In this document: one piece after another, positions 1 to 13,000 of the stretch
Numbering within the stretch: the first letter of the stretch is position 1
How the letters are laid out: every line of letters starts with the position of its first letter
NCBI GenBank assembly: GCA_965178125.1
Contig: OZ237742.1
Location: forward strand, 1,054,001-1,118,000
DNA: 64,000 nucleotides
Source: Bilabrum cf. latius
Lineage: Eukaryota
Direction: 5' to 3'
Notes under the pieces: generated by a model
Databases searched by the model: none
What the model saw: the letters and a program-made list of their open reading frames with translations, nothing else
What the model was told of the DNA's origin: nothing
Program-made: the position numbers and the translations under genes

Positions 1-1176
1 CGGCTGCGTAAGAAACTCGAAGAGCCCATGGCCGTGGAGGTGCGCGGGGACACTCTACAGTCCATCGGGGAGGTGCTGAAAGACGTCAGGGGGCTCGCCG
101 AGATCGAGGCCAGGCGATTCGCCTCCAAGCATGGTCTCCCTGCTGTGGCGGCTGCCAAGCCATACGAAGTGGGGCCCGCGAGCCAGTGCGCTGCGGGGCT
201 GATGCGGGCCGCGGAGTGCAACCTGAGGCGGCTGGTGGCCTCGAGGATCGACCCGCGGGCCGTGGGGATCCTGCTGCCGGGCGACAAGGGCGCGCCGGCG
301 CGAGGCACGCTGGGCGGGCTGCACGCGGCCCTGGATTCGTATGTGAAGAACGAGTCTGGGGAGCCGGCGGACGTCTTGCCGGAGCTTAGGTACGCCGCCG
401 CGAATGCCGTAGACGCTGGTCTGGAGGTGCTGTACCCCACCCCCGCGGAGCGTCGCAAGCTGGTGGCCGGTGTGCTGGGTGATGGCGCGACTCTGGAGCT
501 CCAGTTCGCCTTCCCCACCGTGAAGAAACCTCCCATGGCCCTGCCCGGGATGGAGGGACTGGCGGGGGAGGACGAGGACGAGGATGAGGACGACCTGGAT
601 GGAATCGCTTCCGCCGAGGCAGGCGAGCTGGAGGGCTGCCCCAAGAGCCGCATCCGGGCCATCCGTGACATTTCCAAGCGGGACGTGCGGTTCGACCGTG
701 CCATGATGCTGGCGCAGCTGGCAGCCGAGCAGAGGGGCTTCCGCACAGAGCTGGTGGGCAAGTGGGGCCAGTACCTGCACCTGCTGGTGGAGCTGCCCGC
801 GCCCAAGGACGGTACCGCAGCTGCGGCCGCCGGTGCCTCCGAAAGCAAGGAGCCTGCCGGTACCGGTAGCGACGCCGTGCAGTTCGTTTCGGAGGAGCTG
901 GGCGTGGTGTTCGAGAGGGCGGGCATGGGCGCGTGGCAGATCCCCAAGGGGTGCACCGAGCCGCGCATCCCCATGGAGATCAAGCGGTTCGCCGTGTTTG
1001 ACGGGGCCGACCGGAACTTTGAGCAGGCGGGACTGGGCTTCGTTAGGCTGTTCCCGGCGAGCGCTTGCTCCTTTGACAGGGCGCTGGCCGGCGTCTCAAG
1101 GTTTGTGGGAGGGGACGGCTCGGATCAGGCCGATGCTGGGGCGGGGTCGGGACCCGCATCGGGAGCCGGGGTGTGA
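1..1176 (+). CDS. Hypothetical protein, 3' part (5'-truncated by window edge)
   Basis: Frame is open from base 1 (RLRKKLEEPMAVE...) to TGA at 1174-1176, with strong G/C third positions and an acidic tract (EDEDEDEDD). No family recognised. Confidence 0.7.
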   Translation, partial: RLRKKLEEPMAVEVRGDTLQSIGEVLKDVRGLAEIEARRFASKHGLPAVAAAKPYEVGPASQCAAGLMRAAECNLRRLVASRIDPRAVGILLPGDKGAPARGTLGGLHAALDSYVKNESGEPADVLPELRYAAANAVDAGLEVLYPTPAERRKLVAGVLGDGATLELQFAFPTVKKPPMALPGMEGLAGEDEDEDEDDLDGIASAEAGELEGCPKSRIRAIRDISKRDVRFDRAMMLAQLAAEQRGFRTELVGKWGQYLHLLVELPAPKDGTAAAAAGASESKEPAGTGSDAVQFVSEELGVVFERAGMGAWQIPKGCTEPRIPMEIKRFAVFDGADRNFEQAGLGFVRLFPASACSFDRALAGVSRFVGGDGSDQADAGAGSGPASGAGV

Positions 1177-1381
1177 GCGTGTCTTGCTGCCTGTTGATTG
1201 GTCAAGAAAATCGCTGAAGAGAATCGCTGCTGGTTGCGCCGGTGCATGGTCATTCCCAAACTGGTGGGAAAGGAAATAAGATAGTACAGCGCCAGACAAT
1301 ACCTCCCGTACGAAGCCACGAGCTCATTTCATTACAGATTCAAATTCCAGCTTGTTGTCGGCCAGATTGTTAAACCCTCCC

Positions 1382-3535
1382 TCACGAATAGGGCGGGGGG
1401 GCCACCGCGCCAGGTGCCCCCCCAGGCGAACCCCCTCCATAGTACGGCGGCGGCGCGTTGCTGGCATATGGGTTCTGCGCCGACGGGGGCGGGCCGGCCC
1501 CGAACAAGGCCCCTCCAGGGGAACTTCCTCCCGCCGGGGGCGCCGTGGCACCGATCCCGCCATCCTCCCCAGCACCAGCACCCTCACCGGCCGCTGGAGT
1601 ACCAGCGCCGCCTGCCCCCGAGCTCGGTCCCTCCCGTGCCTGTGCCTTGGACGCTGCCCCGATCTTCTCCTCTCTCCACTCGATGATCCTCGACCGCAGC
1701 CCGTGGTTGGGAAACACGGTGTTGGTGGTCATGTCGGCGCCCGTCTTGGGGCTCCTCATGTTTCCCTTGGCAAACCACGAGAGCACGCTCGCGCGCTCGT
1801 ACGTGTGCCCGTCCGACGCAATGACGGGGTCGTTCATGACCTCGTACGTGATGGGGCACATGAACTCCTCGGGGGCGTCGTCATCGTCTAGCCCGAGTTC
1901 ATCGAACCGAGCCGCAAGCTTCTCGCCGACCTCCTGCTCGTGGGTCTTGGCGGGGGCCGCGGGGGTTGCCCCGCCCGCAACCCCGCCCCCCGCGGCACCC
2001 AGGCCGGGATCAGTGCCCCCGCCGCCGGGGAACTGCCCCACGAAACCGCCCCCTGTCCCCGACCCCGTCGCTGCCCCTGCCCCTGCCCCTGCCCCTGCTC
2101 CAGCCACTGCACCCCCCGCCGAGGGGGCCGAGGGCGCCGGTCGGACGGCCGGGCTGCCGCTGCCAAACGAAGGATACCCGCTCGCCCCGCCAGTGGCCGC
2201 TGCTGCGGGTGCGGGTGCGGGTGCAGCCGCGGGTGCAGGCGCAGGTGCGCTACCCCTGGGTGCCTCCCTCGGCATGTAGAGGTTCTGGGCCACCTGCCAG
2301 GCTGGCTCAAGCACAAGTCCAGAGGATGCGTCCACTGCTGGGGTGGACCCCGCGCCAAACGTGGGGTGTAGCACCATGTGCAGCCAGTTGTAGACGGGTC
2401 GCGCACACCTGCAACGCACTGCGGTACCTCGGGGGGGCGTCAGCGTGAAGGAGACAACTTCGCCGGTGCTCGTTCGCTGCACCTCGGTGGGGTCCGAGAT
2501 GCGGGGATTCCTGAGCTCTGCCTCGGGGACTGGGCTCTCCCTGGAGTTGAACAAATTAACAAGGAATGCATTGCGGTCCACTGCAGGGTTGTCGAACCGC
2601 CTGGCGCGGTGCACGACGGCCCATCGGCGCTGCATCGAAGCCATCATTCCGAAGAGCTGGCTGCGGTGCACCTCAATTTGCGCGCGGAATGGGCAACACA
2701 TCTCTTCGAATAGTCGTACAGTTGCTGTCTGCGTTGTGTAGAAAGCGGGGTAGGATGCACATCGTGAGTGTGCTGCAGAAACGTGGTGGTCGCATCATTT
2801 CGCGAACGATTTCGTTGTCTAGTGACCTGCCTCTAGGCTTCAACGGACTCACTTTGCGAGTTGCATATGCCAAGTGTACGGGGCGCTACATCTTGACGTT
2901 GAGAGCCCATACGTCTGCGCACGAGGAAATATGCATGGAGTGTGCTGGAAACCATGTTGACGGCTCGTTCAAGCTTAGTAAAGGCTATCAATCGTCCACG
3001 AGGGAAGTAAAATGGGTCAAATACACTCACCAGAGCCGTGCATGATCTGCGGTTCTCGAGTAGGACATGTGCAAGAGCAATGCGGGTATGAAAGGTGCGA
3101 CAGCAAATGAAGGCACTGGGAACCACAGATAGCTTCCTTCAAATCATGTAGCGCGCTATCAACTTACCAAAGCCTTCAATACTTCATTATGCCCCTACTC
3201 GCAGGCATAGTGCATCGCAGTGCAGCCGGTGGCGTCTCGAAGATCCTAAGCCCGCAGACGAAGCAGCTTCTGCAGTGCCGCTAGCCGGCCGTACTTGGCC
3301 GCTGCATGCAGCGGGGTGCGACGCAACTGCGATACATAATGGTTTAGCGTTGCAGTATCCTGTAGCGTGTCGCGCAAAATATGTGCAGAGAGCTACCACA
3401 GCGCGGACACCTCAATGCTTGTCTTACCTCGTCCTGGCAGTTTACCGACGCTCCTTTGCGCAGAGCGGCATCGATTGCAGCTTCATCTCCAGCTGATGCT
3501 GCCGCTAGAAGCTATTTGGAGGGTGTGGATCCCAT
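1382..3535 (-). CDS. N-myristoylated ankyrin-repeat + U-box E3 ubiquitin ligase (~563 aa, 5 exons; TAG=Gln)
   Basis: Exons 3428-3535, 3168-3326, 3031-3046, 2853-2914, 1382-2728. All four introns are GT(A/G)AG...CGCAG and join in phase. Start is MGSTPSK. Ankyrin motifs: GASVNCQDE|LRRTPLHAAAKYG, DATGCTAMHYACE[TAG]GHNEVLKAL|IMHGS|DVWALN. U-box: PEEFMCPITYEVMNDPVIASDGHTYERASVLSWF...PNHGLRSRIIEW. C-terminal PPPY motifs. Confidence 0.85.
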
Positions 3536-3751
3536 GTTGTGTGCCTTGCAGTGATCGAGTTGCAGGAAGCTTTCCGCGAAATGGGCGGGTAGCTCCGATC
3601 GTTTTACGATGCCTCAAACATGGCATGCGTGCGAACCGGCCTATTAATAGACCGAACAGGCCTGTAAGAGCGCAATAGGCACGCGTTGGCGTCGCAACAA
3701 GGTGTTAATTATCGTTTCTTTCGCTCCTGTCAGTCCAATCATACCGCAGCA
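3536..3751. promoter_or_regulatory. Probable short bidirectional promoter between divergent ankyrin/U-box and SCP2 genes
   Basis: 216 bp between divergent ATGs, AT-richer than the flanks, containing a palindromic cctattaatag core. Inferred from arrangement only. Confidence 0.4.
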
Positions 3752-4546
3752 ATGGCTCAGTTTTCTTCAGCCGATGCCGTGTTCGCGGCAATGACAGCTG
3801 GACTTGCTGCCGATCCCTCCATCAAGAAAAAGATCAAGGCAACCATATAGTATGTTGTTGATGGAAAGAAATGGTTTTTCTCGACGAAGCAGACTCCAGC
3901 CACCGGGTTTGGGTCTCCGTCGGGAAGAACTGATCTTACTGTTGAGATGTCTGGTGCAACCCTGCTGACTTTGGCAAATGGGAAGCAGAATCCGCAGCAG
4001 GCATTCATGAAGGGGAAAATCAAGCTCCGTGGCAACATGGGGATTGCAATGAAGCTTCAGACTGTGATCTCTGCAGCTCGCAAGTAGCTGGAGAGTGGCA
4101 ACGTGCCGACAACCGGAGCTGCTGCGGGGGGTGCTGCTAGCGGCGGCGCAGCATCTGGCGGCAGCGGTGGTGGCTTGTCCCTGCCGTCTGGGCTCCAGAG
4201 CAAGCCGTTCTTGCTCCAGATGGAGGAGGCTATCCGTAGCAAGGGCCCTGAGCTGCAGCGCAAGCTCAAGGGGGTGATCGTGTTCGAGCTCAAGAGCCCC
4301 GACGCGACCATGACCCTGGACCTCAAGTCGAGTTCTCCCTCTTTGTCCTCTGGTGCCCCCGCCGCGGGCACCAAGCGAGATCTCACGCTCACCCTCAAGG
4401 ACGCCGATTTCTGCGCCATGGGCAAGGGCACGCTCAACCCGCAGCAGGCCTTCATGAAGGGCCGCCTGAAGCTCAAGGGCAACATGGGCATGGCCATGAA
4501 GCTTGGGACCGTCATCAAGGCCGCGCAGTCCTCTGCAAAGCTGTGA
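3752..4546 (+). CDS. Tandem SCP2 (sterol carrier protein-2) domain protein with peroxisomal PTS1 (-AKL), 264 aa; TAG=Gln
   Basis: Two copies of the SCP2 motif NPQQAFMKG(K/R)(I/L)KL(R/K)GNMG(I/M)AMKL joined by a Gly/Ala linker. In-frame TAG at 3848 (KATI*YVV) and 4085; ends SAKL-TGA. Confidence 0.9.
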
Positions 4547-4927
4547 GTGGGTGGGTACCGGCAGGCGCTGCGTACCGTGTTGAAATGGAACTGCCAGTGG
4601 CATGGCAGGGGGATAGCTGTTGGTAGTTGGCTGGGGCTGTTGGCTGTTGGCTGGGTAGGTCAATGTTATTCGTAGAATGCGTTGCTTTGCGCACGCGGAG
4701 GCAATGCCACAGTGGTGTCGCCAAGCAGTGCGCAGCAGAAATCCGCATCCTATAGCGCAGCTTTCATGTGGATCAGATCCGATCCAATCCGAACACCCGT
4801 CCTCCCGCCGGCTCTTTGTCCTCTGAGGCTCCCACCGGCTCTCTTTCAAATAGGCCCATGGGATCGGATCAGCCCAGAACTACCAGAGTAAATCAGCTCG
4901 GAACATTCCGTCGCGAAAGCGTGGTCC

Positions 4928-6850
4928 TCACCCAACTCGCGCCTTTTTGGCGGCCGGGCCCTGCAAGTCTCCCTCACCCACCTGTCCTGTTTCTGATCCC
5001 ATGGCTCTCCCGCCGTCCGCTGCCAGCTCACTTTTCGCTCCTGCCTCCCCCCCGGTTCCCCTTTGGCCCCCTCGCTTGATGCCCAGCATCGCCTCGATCA
5101 CGCGAAGGGCGCCTGCCATGCACTCCCCTTCAGGTGACAGGGGGGGGGCTACCAGCCCTTCAGCGGGATGCGATGAAGTCGACGCAGTCCGCTCGCCTGA
5201 AATAGCTGGACCCGAGTCAGACACTGCACTGGACCCGCCCCCGCTGCTACCCTCGCCCCCGTCTGCAGCTCCCTGACTACCCTCGCCCCCTTCTGCAGCT
5301 CCCTGACTACCCTCGCCCCCTTCTGCAGCTCCCTGACTACCCTCGCCCCCGTCTGCAGCTCCCTGACTATCCTCGCCTCCAACTGGATCGCCCTCCTCTA
5401 TTGGAATCGCAGCGCCCACTCGCTCGACCGGCCCCGCCAGAGACTCCATCGACCTGATAGCTCGCGCCCACGACACACCCGCCTCCCGTAGAGCCGCGAG
5501 TCCCCGCCTCGTCCAAGGGCCCCTCTCTACCCCCCGGGTAGTAGGACCCGGTGCGGTGCATTGCACCCACGCAACCGCTGCGTCGGCGATTTTCAGCCAT
5601 AGCACGGCCACCCGTGCGGCCGCGGCAATTGGCACGGGCACGGGCACGACAGCGCCAGTGCCAGCGCCAAGCATTTTCGAAGCCTCCGCAGCCTCCCATG
5701 CCGCGTCTCCTGCCAGCTTCAGCAGGTTGCAACCGCTCCACAGCGCCACGGCAATTTCTTCCACGGCATCCGCGTCCCCTTTTCTGTCCTGCGCCTGCCT
5801 CGCCGTCCAGCAGACCGAGAGAGCGGCTGCCTCGGCAGGGCACAACGGGACAGGCCCACCGAGGCGGAGGCGGCACCGGCGCGCCGCCCCCTGCGCCCTC
5901 ATGTCGCGGTCCAGCTCAGTGGCAGCGCGAGATATGGAGGCGTCGTTCCAGGGGCCCGCTGTTCCCTGGGAGTCCACGGGGCACAGGGCGGACTGGCTCG
6001 TCATGGCCGTGGCATCGTCGCGGGACAGCCCCGTGTCTGCCGCGGATACTGCTCCTGCCAGTGTAGATGCGGACTTTGGCCCGCCTGTAGCTTTGGCAAG
6101 AGCCTGCGACAGGCTCGCGGCGCGACCAGCCGCCGTCATCTGCAGCCTGGAAAGCTCGGCCGCGAACCAAGGCCCGGCCAGGCGAGAGCAGGCCAGCAGC
6201 ACGCCGAGAAGTCGTGGAGGCGCTTCCTTGATCAAATTTTCGTCAGGCGCCGCTGGGTCACTGCCTGGAGTGCTGCCGTCAAACGCCACCGTGATTCCAC
6301 TGCTAGATTCCAGCAGGATGCCTCTTCGCAATACTCGACAGGAGCTGCGCGCAGCTGCAACCAGCTGTGAACCACGGGTGCGGCTTAGCGCGCTGACCAA
6401 CGCAACCGGGCCGTCATCCAACAAGATTTCGCAGCAGTCAAGGAGCCCTCTCAGGAACTGGTCTTGGCTGCCTTCGTTCAGGCCTTTCCCTCGAATGAGG
6501 TGTCGCTAGGTCGCGACTGCCAAGGCCACGGCGGTTGCCTCGGCCCCTATGAAGCTTTTGCCCTCTGTTGCAGGGCAAAGAAGCGCGACGATACCATTTG
6601 AATCACCTTGGCTTGATGCTACCAGACACCTGCTGATCAAGTTGGCAGCTGCTGCAGCGACTGCTGCAGACTTTGTGCAAGTAAGCACAAAAAGTGCTGG
6701 CTGGTACAGGCTGACGATGCTCTTGATACCACATAAATGTAAATCGGCTCGATTTGCTACGACAAGAGCCTTGAATACGGTTTCAACCGATGAGCTTGAC
6801 AGAGACTAGGTACAGTCCGCTACCAACTGCTCCAGATTCGCGCTCGACAT
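4928..6850 (-). CDS. Hypothetical Ala-rich protein (~640 aa), C-terminal NLS-like PAAKKARVG; start uncertain (alternative ATG 6916)
   Basis: Track ORFs 4928-6424 and 6506-6688 share a frame and are separated only by TAG. The frame is open to ~7100 and ends in TGA. Confidence 0.65.
5247..5380. repeat. 30-bp coding tandem repeat, ~4.5 copies (GGEGSQGAA[D/E])
   Basis: Unit ctaccctcgccccc(g/t)tctgcagctccctga at 5247, 5277, 5307, 5337 and a partial copy at 5367. Confidence 0.95.
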
Positions 6851-7164
6851 GTTTGCGCCGTCCACATCACTTGCGAGGGCGTTGACTCTAACTTCTGCCG
6901 ATGCTGAGCTCTACATTATGCTCCTCGCAAATGCTCTGCGTGGCTCATTGCGTTCTGTGAAAGCTCTAGTTGCTGCATGCAAAGGTGATGAAGATCGATC
7001 GAGCACCTGCAGCCTACCGTGCGGGTGACACAGACTCTGGACTGTATCAGCACTAACAAACAGATTAACCTTGCGTTTTGTCGGCTCTGGTTGACTTGGC
7101 TATCAGCTTAGAATCGCTGAAAGGGTGTTCAACAGCTCGGATCTTTCAATTGCTTGTCACCAGT

Positions 7165-9963
7165 ATGGTTTACTACGCCATGGCTACGGCAGTATCAATC
7201 GCGAGTGCATGTCATGCATCCGTATCATCCATTTCCGCATACAATCTGGCGTATACGCTCGAGATGACGTCCCCCCAAGCGGTGTACGAAGAGCAAGCTG
7301 CTGTTGCAGCCATATCTGGTCTAGCAAACCGTTTTGGTCCGCAGCTGTATACGTTCTACCTCGATGCAGATTCGTTTTGGTTTAATTATATGACGGCACC
7401 CCGGGGTTGGCTACATGGAGCTACGGTGCGCAACATATCGTCGGGGATTGGTGGAGTGGAGCTCCTAACGGAGCACTTGACCCAGCTTGCCGCCCACGGA
7501 TAGGCCAATTTCTCTGGGAGTGTGGCGCTATATGACCCTGCTATTTGGCCCTAGTCGCTCCTAGCAGGAACCGCGGCTGGCGCGGAAAACATGATTCCGA
7601 TTGCGTACCGTCCCGACGACCCGAGCAGCTTGTACAGCCGTCTGGTGGCATCTGCCTCCGGGCCGCAGCTTCCAGTCGGGTTGAATCTCACCGGAGCTTG
7701 TGACGGTAGCATTACTGGGTCAGTCAAGCTGGACTGCTACACGTGGGCGGTAGATCGCTGGCTGGCGCCGAACGCAACGCTGCCCGCGGACGGCCTGGTG
7801 CACGGCTACTTCATCGACTACTACTGGACGACAAAGGCCCACGTGCAGCCGCCGGGCCCGAACAGCGATAACGTCAAGAGTACCGTGACCAACCACGACT
7901 TCGTGGTGTCCCGGGGCGGTTTCTTCTGGGATCTGTCTCCCTGGGACGATGAGACGCCCGTGGATGACCCGAACCAGCCGCTGGGCAGCGACCTCAAGGC
8001 GCTCCGGATGATCCTCGATGCCTCCAACAAGCAGGCTGACGCGAGGAGCTTGCGGGCAGAGCAGGCCGCGGTTTCTTTGGTGCGGGCTAGCTTGGACGCA
8101 GGCGCCTCCAACGCGACTGTCTCGATCGGCAGCGCGCCCGCGGGCGTGAACGCAACGACCGTGCAGCCATTCGTGCACGTGTCTGGCTTTGTGCCATGGT
8201 ACATGAAGTACGTGGCCCCCAATGGCAAGCACCAGGGCGTTGCAACCGAATGGCAGACCATGCTGGTCGCGACGTCCTACAACACGTTCGTGGACGCAGA
8301 CGCGTGCTGCATCGGTGACATGGCCAACGCCGCATTTTTCCAGCACTACCCTGGCCCTGACCCTCGGCACAGGTTCGTGCCTCCGAAAACGCCTCTACCG
8401 CAGGACCTAGTAGATCGTGGGCTCCTCTAGGTGAAGGCGGAGGGTCCTGCCTCTGAGTTGGGCGGTGCTCGCCCCGGCAGTGCTGGGGTTGAAGACCAAC
8501 GGCGAGACGGGTTGCGGCTGCCCGGGTCAGGGTCTAGGCACCCATTGGACGGGGTCGGGGTGGCCCCTGGGAAGCTGTTTTATTTCTTTTACGCAGGAGA
8601 CTTCGACTCGGCTGCTTGGCTCTACTCGCAGCTGTACTCGAGGTGGAACGACCCAGCGAGAGGGTCGGTGCCGATCGCGTGGCCGCTTGACCCCGCCCTG
8701 GCAGTGCGGTTCCCGCCGGCATTCGATCTCGTCTTTTCGGATCTTCAAGGTCCGGTTTCGGACTGTGTGACGGACAGCACGTGCAACGACACCATCATCA
8801 CGGGAGACTCCGGTGCTGGCTACATATCCCCGCCGCAGCTGCAGGCAGACAAGCGCGCCCCATGGTCCGGGTATCCAGACGGTAGAGATCGCTGGGTGGA
8901 CTTTGCCGGCCCTTTGTACCGCCGGAACGGTGCCACGTACACTGGCTTCCTGATATCGGGGTCTGCAGGTGCCATGACCCCGGAGTCCGAGGAGCCCTAC
9001 ACGCGGCTGGCCCCCCACGGAATGGCAGACCAGGGATACCCCTCCATCCACCCTCACCTGGCCGAGGGGAGGTCCCCGGTTGTGCCTCAGTCGGACATCC
9101 ACGGAGACCCAGCCTCTGCGGCAAAGGACGGAGTGCTCCCGTTGCTGCCATCGAAACTCAGCGACCCGTCACAGTTCCACATGTTCCGATCGGTCCTGAC
9201 GAACCCTACATTCCTAAACCAAGTGGCGCGCAATGCGACGGCTCTCTCCCTTGGACTGGCAGAAGTGCTCTCCCCGATCGAGGTGGCCTTCCTGCAGCGA
9301 GTCGCTCTGGGGGCTCCCGAGCAGAATGATAATTTTGCGGCGTACATCAACGACACCCTGCCCTCCAGTGTTTCGGCTGCTGGCTTGAGCTCTTTGCCGG
9401 TGTCAGTAACTGTCAGAAACGACGGCTGGAATACGCTGGTAGCCCCATCCTCGTCGTTCCCAGAGGCTGACAAGCCCGGAGGGAATGGCAGCTGCGGCGG
9501 GCATCAAGCTGAGGGGCTTCAGAACGGATATGCAGTGGAGGTTAATGTGTCCACGGTGGTATCCATGCAGGAGCACCCGCTCCGGCAGGCAGGCTGTCAG
9601 GAAGCTGTGGCGCGAGCTGCCCGGGTGGGAAGAGGAGGAGGTGGCGGAGGTGGCGGCGGTGTGCTGCCCGTGTGCGGAGTGCAGGTGAGCGAGGGGTCTG
9701 TTGCCACGGGCACCATGGCCATGCTGCCGATTTCTCACTCAATTCGGCCCGGCGGCCAGGGAAGTGCGTCTGGCATGGTCCAGCTCCCGACGGGGCTCGC
9801 GCCGATCGCAGCCTCGCTGCAGAAGGCGGGGGGACACGCGTGGGTGCGGGTGTCGTACGGCGTGGTTGCCCTGGGGCAAGACGGGGCGGTGCTGTTGAGG
9901 TTTGCGGACAGGGGTGTGCTGCCATGGGTTCAGGACGTTCTAGTGTTGCCCTCAAAAGCATGA
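7165..9963 (+). CDS. Secreted GxGYxYP-family putative glycoside hydrolase-like protein (~932 aa); TAG=Gln
   Basis: Three track ORFs share one frame, joined by TAG at 7501, 7552 and 8428. Signal-peptide-like start MVYYAMATAVSIASACHAS. Motifs: YDPAIWP, NHDFVVSRGGFFWDLSPWDDETPVDDP, GFVPWYMKY, TEWQ, YAGDFDSAAWL, WNDPARGSVPIAW, GDSGAGYISP. Confidence 0.8.
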
Positions 9964-10087
9964 CGACATGGTCTGCCCGTAACCGGAACCCGGGGAGGGT
10001 TCGAGACGTTGATCACAAGAATTGAATTGTTGCTTTCTCGGCTAAATTTTTGATTAATTCTCCTAATTTGGGGTATCCGATATCAGT

Positions 10088-13000
10088 ATGTTCAAGTAGA
10101 CGGCAGCACAAAACTTGGCAGTGCAGGCGAGAGCGCTCCAAGGCCCACAAGGGCCTGTGGCATCACGGCGAACTTCGCAGCAAGAGAGGAGGCCCAACTC
10201 TAGCCGGGGACCCCGCCAGGCTACAGGATCAGAGAATGTGGCGTTTATTCCAACTGCTTTGCATGAGTTCCAATTCTCATCAAGAAAGCGTTCAGCTGCT
10301 GTCTTGGGCGGCCCTGCCCGTCGGCCGCCTGTCGAGCTGCCAGTCTCGTTGCTGCGAGGGAAACTAAAGGAAATGGCCCAATCGTCCAGATCAACGTCAC
10401 CCTCAAAGAGAGTACTTCATGTGCCGGGAGAATCCTCTCGAGGCAGGGGTGCGCCTCGAGGAAATCGAAAGACTCGGCCGCCTTCATTGCCTCCCGGGGA
10501 TGCAGCTTTGCAAAAGGTACTGGGACCAACGTTGGCAGCATTCAGGTCTACATCTCGATAGTAGAGGGGTGCAGGTGAGCCCAGGTCCTCTAGACCTGCT
10601 TCTGCTGGGCGACAAGTCGAGATTCGATTTGAGCAGCCTCAAGCTGCTGCCCTTGGCGAATAGCCTGAGCCGAGCAAGTTTCACTCGCAGCGAATGAATC
10701 CGGTTTCAGGCAGACTTACAGGAAGCTTAGGCCGAAGTCTTCGAGGGTATGGCGGGCCCGACAGGACGCAAGAACGTGCCACCGGGAACGCGGCTCGAGT
10801 CGGTGGGTTGGGACGGTCATAGGACTAGCTAGATCCAAACCATGACGGAAATATCACAACTGGCGCTCGCCTTGCACCCGGGGACCGCCCTCGAGGTAGG
10901 ATTACAGGCGGTGGCTTCGTGGGCGCCGTGCCCGCGCACGGGCTGGCTCAAGCGGCGATGTAGGCCAAGGAGCTGGGTCGGGCTGCCGTAGCGGCCGAAA
11001 GAAGCGATGGTAATTGCGATGGCGATGGCCGTGACCGAACCCAAGGCACGGAAAACATCTCCAGCTCGCATGTGTCACTGCCAGCCGCGCGCGGCGGCCG
11101 TGGTGCCATCATCGTCGCGAGAGGGGGCAAGACGGAGAGCAAGAGCACAGAGTCCATCGCTGCCAGAGCCGGGGCCGGCAGCAGAGGTAGCAAACCCAAC
11201 GGCAGCAATATCCTTGATACCAGGCGAAGGCCCCAGTCTGCGGGTCATTTGTCGCAAAACCTACTGTCCTAGCGGCCACCAAGCGCCGGATTTTCTGTAG
11301 CAGAGCAGGCGGGTCGGCACGGGTCAAGCCAGGGCTCTTTTGGCAAGGCGCCCCGCTTTGAGCATCACCGCCGCGCACGTCACAGGCAAATACCAGCTGG
11401 TGCGAGGCTGCGACCGGCGCGTGGGGGGCTAGATACTACAATCGGCTCGCACGCAGCAAGCGGTGGCATGCCATCCGTGTCGTCCAACAGCGCCGTGGAT
11501 CTGGCGCTGCACACCACAACAGAGTCCCACGCATAGCCTGTCCGAGGGCGTCCCCGCAGCGCAGTTCCTCGCAAATCATCTCCCATTCTGGGACTAACGC
11601 CTAGATCGGCGCACATTCACGAGCACCCACCACGGCCGGACTCAAATGCCGCGAGCAAAGCCGATATTCGCGGCGGATTTCCGGCTCGCGCTCGAAGGCC
11701 AGTATCAGCGAGACCAAGAGCTTCAGGCTCGAGATCAAGTCAGTCTGAGCAGAAGCCAATGGCCCTCGTTCCGACGATGGACTCGAGCACGCTGGACCGG
11801 GCTTTACGGGGCGATGCGGTGGCTCCGCTGGACCCCGAGCACCCGATTCCAGAAGGGGAAGGCAGCCTGGGTGCCCATGCCGGGCAGGCTATGAAAGGCA
11901 AGGATGCGCGGCATAGTAGTCTTAGGCCATAGAGTGCCATTGCCAGACTCAGGCGCGAACCTTTGACTAGCCTAGCTTCCCGCGGAACCGATGAGAATGG
12001 CTCCAACGAGGCAGGTGCTGCCCATGCATCCGAAAAGTGGATGCACAGCAGCAGGATGAGCAGTGCAAACCCCAGTATGACAGACTCGCAAGCAGGGCCT
12101 GCCGCTGATACGTTTCGAGTTCAGGACAGTGTCAGCATGGTCCATGGATCAGTTTCGGCTCTGGGTAGTCCAAACGAGCCAGCCAGTGCCATGGCCAACC
12201 GGAGCGTGCAGCGCGCGGCTGCAGAGCACGTCCACAGCGGAGTTGCAAGCCCGAGCGCGGTTTACCCGCCCCGGCACAACTCGCCGGTAGCTTCTCCCAA
12301 AATACAGTCCCCAACCAGGGCTTGCATGGCAGAATAGCGATTGGCAAACCCAGAAAGCGGCAGCCATCACGCAGCATCCCCAGGCGTGTCCATGTCAGGA
12401 GCTCGAGCACACCCGCCCGATGATGCAGTTGCCCCGCTGCCCTCGCCCCAGGGCAGTCCATTGTCTAGGCAAGACGCTGGGAGCCCCTCGCGTACGGGTG
12501 CCAGCTACGTGATTCCAGCTCCGGAGTTATACACCCCCATAGAGGAGCATAAGATCATGGCATTCAGGCAGCAGCACAGGCACCGTCTGTCCTCTGCAGA
12601 GCTGGTGGCACGTCGGGGCGCGGCCAGCAGTCTGGATCACAAGCTGAACCGGCTATTCTTGGATCCAGATGCCCTGCCGCATCAACTCACTGCTGGGTCC
12701 CAGCCGGAGGAGCGCGGCTCGGCCCACGGTACTACTCAGACCCAGATGCCCTTCCAATCGGACGCTGGCTGGCGCGCTGTCCCTGTTTTGGACTCTCCCG
12801 TGGTGCGGCGTGGGTTCAAGGGATCAGGTTTGCCGATTGCGGGCTCGGACTCAAATCGAAATCGACCAGTACAGATCAAGAAACCGTCTCGTCCAGCTTC
12901 GGCTCCATCTGTGCGGCAGCAGCCTTTGGGTGGTCCTCAGCAGCACGTCGATGAGCCGTCTGGTGCACATGCCTCGACTGACGAGCATTTTAATCCTGTC

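Noticed and set aside
5247-5380. CRISPR-like array
   Set aside because: Contiguous 30-bp units without spacers, in frame within a CDS.
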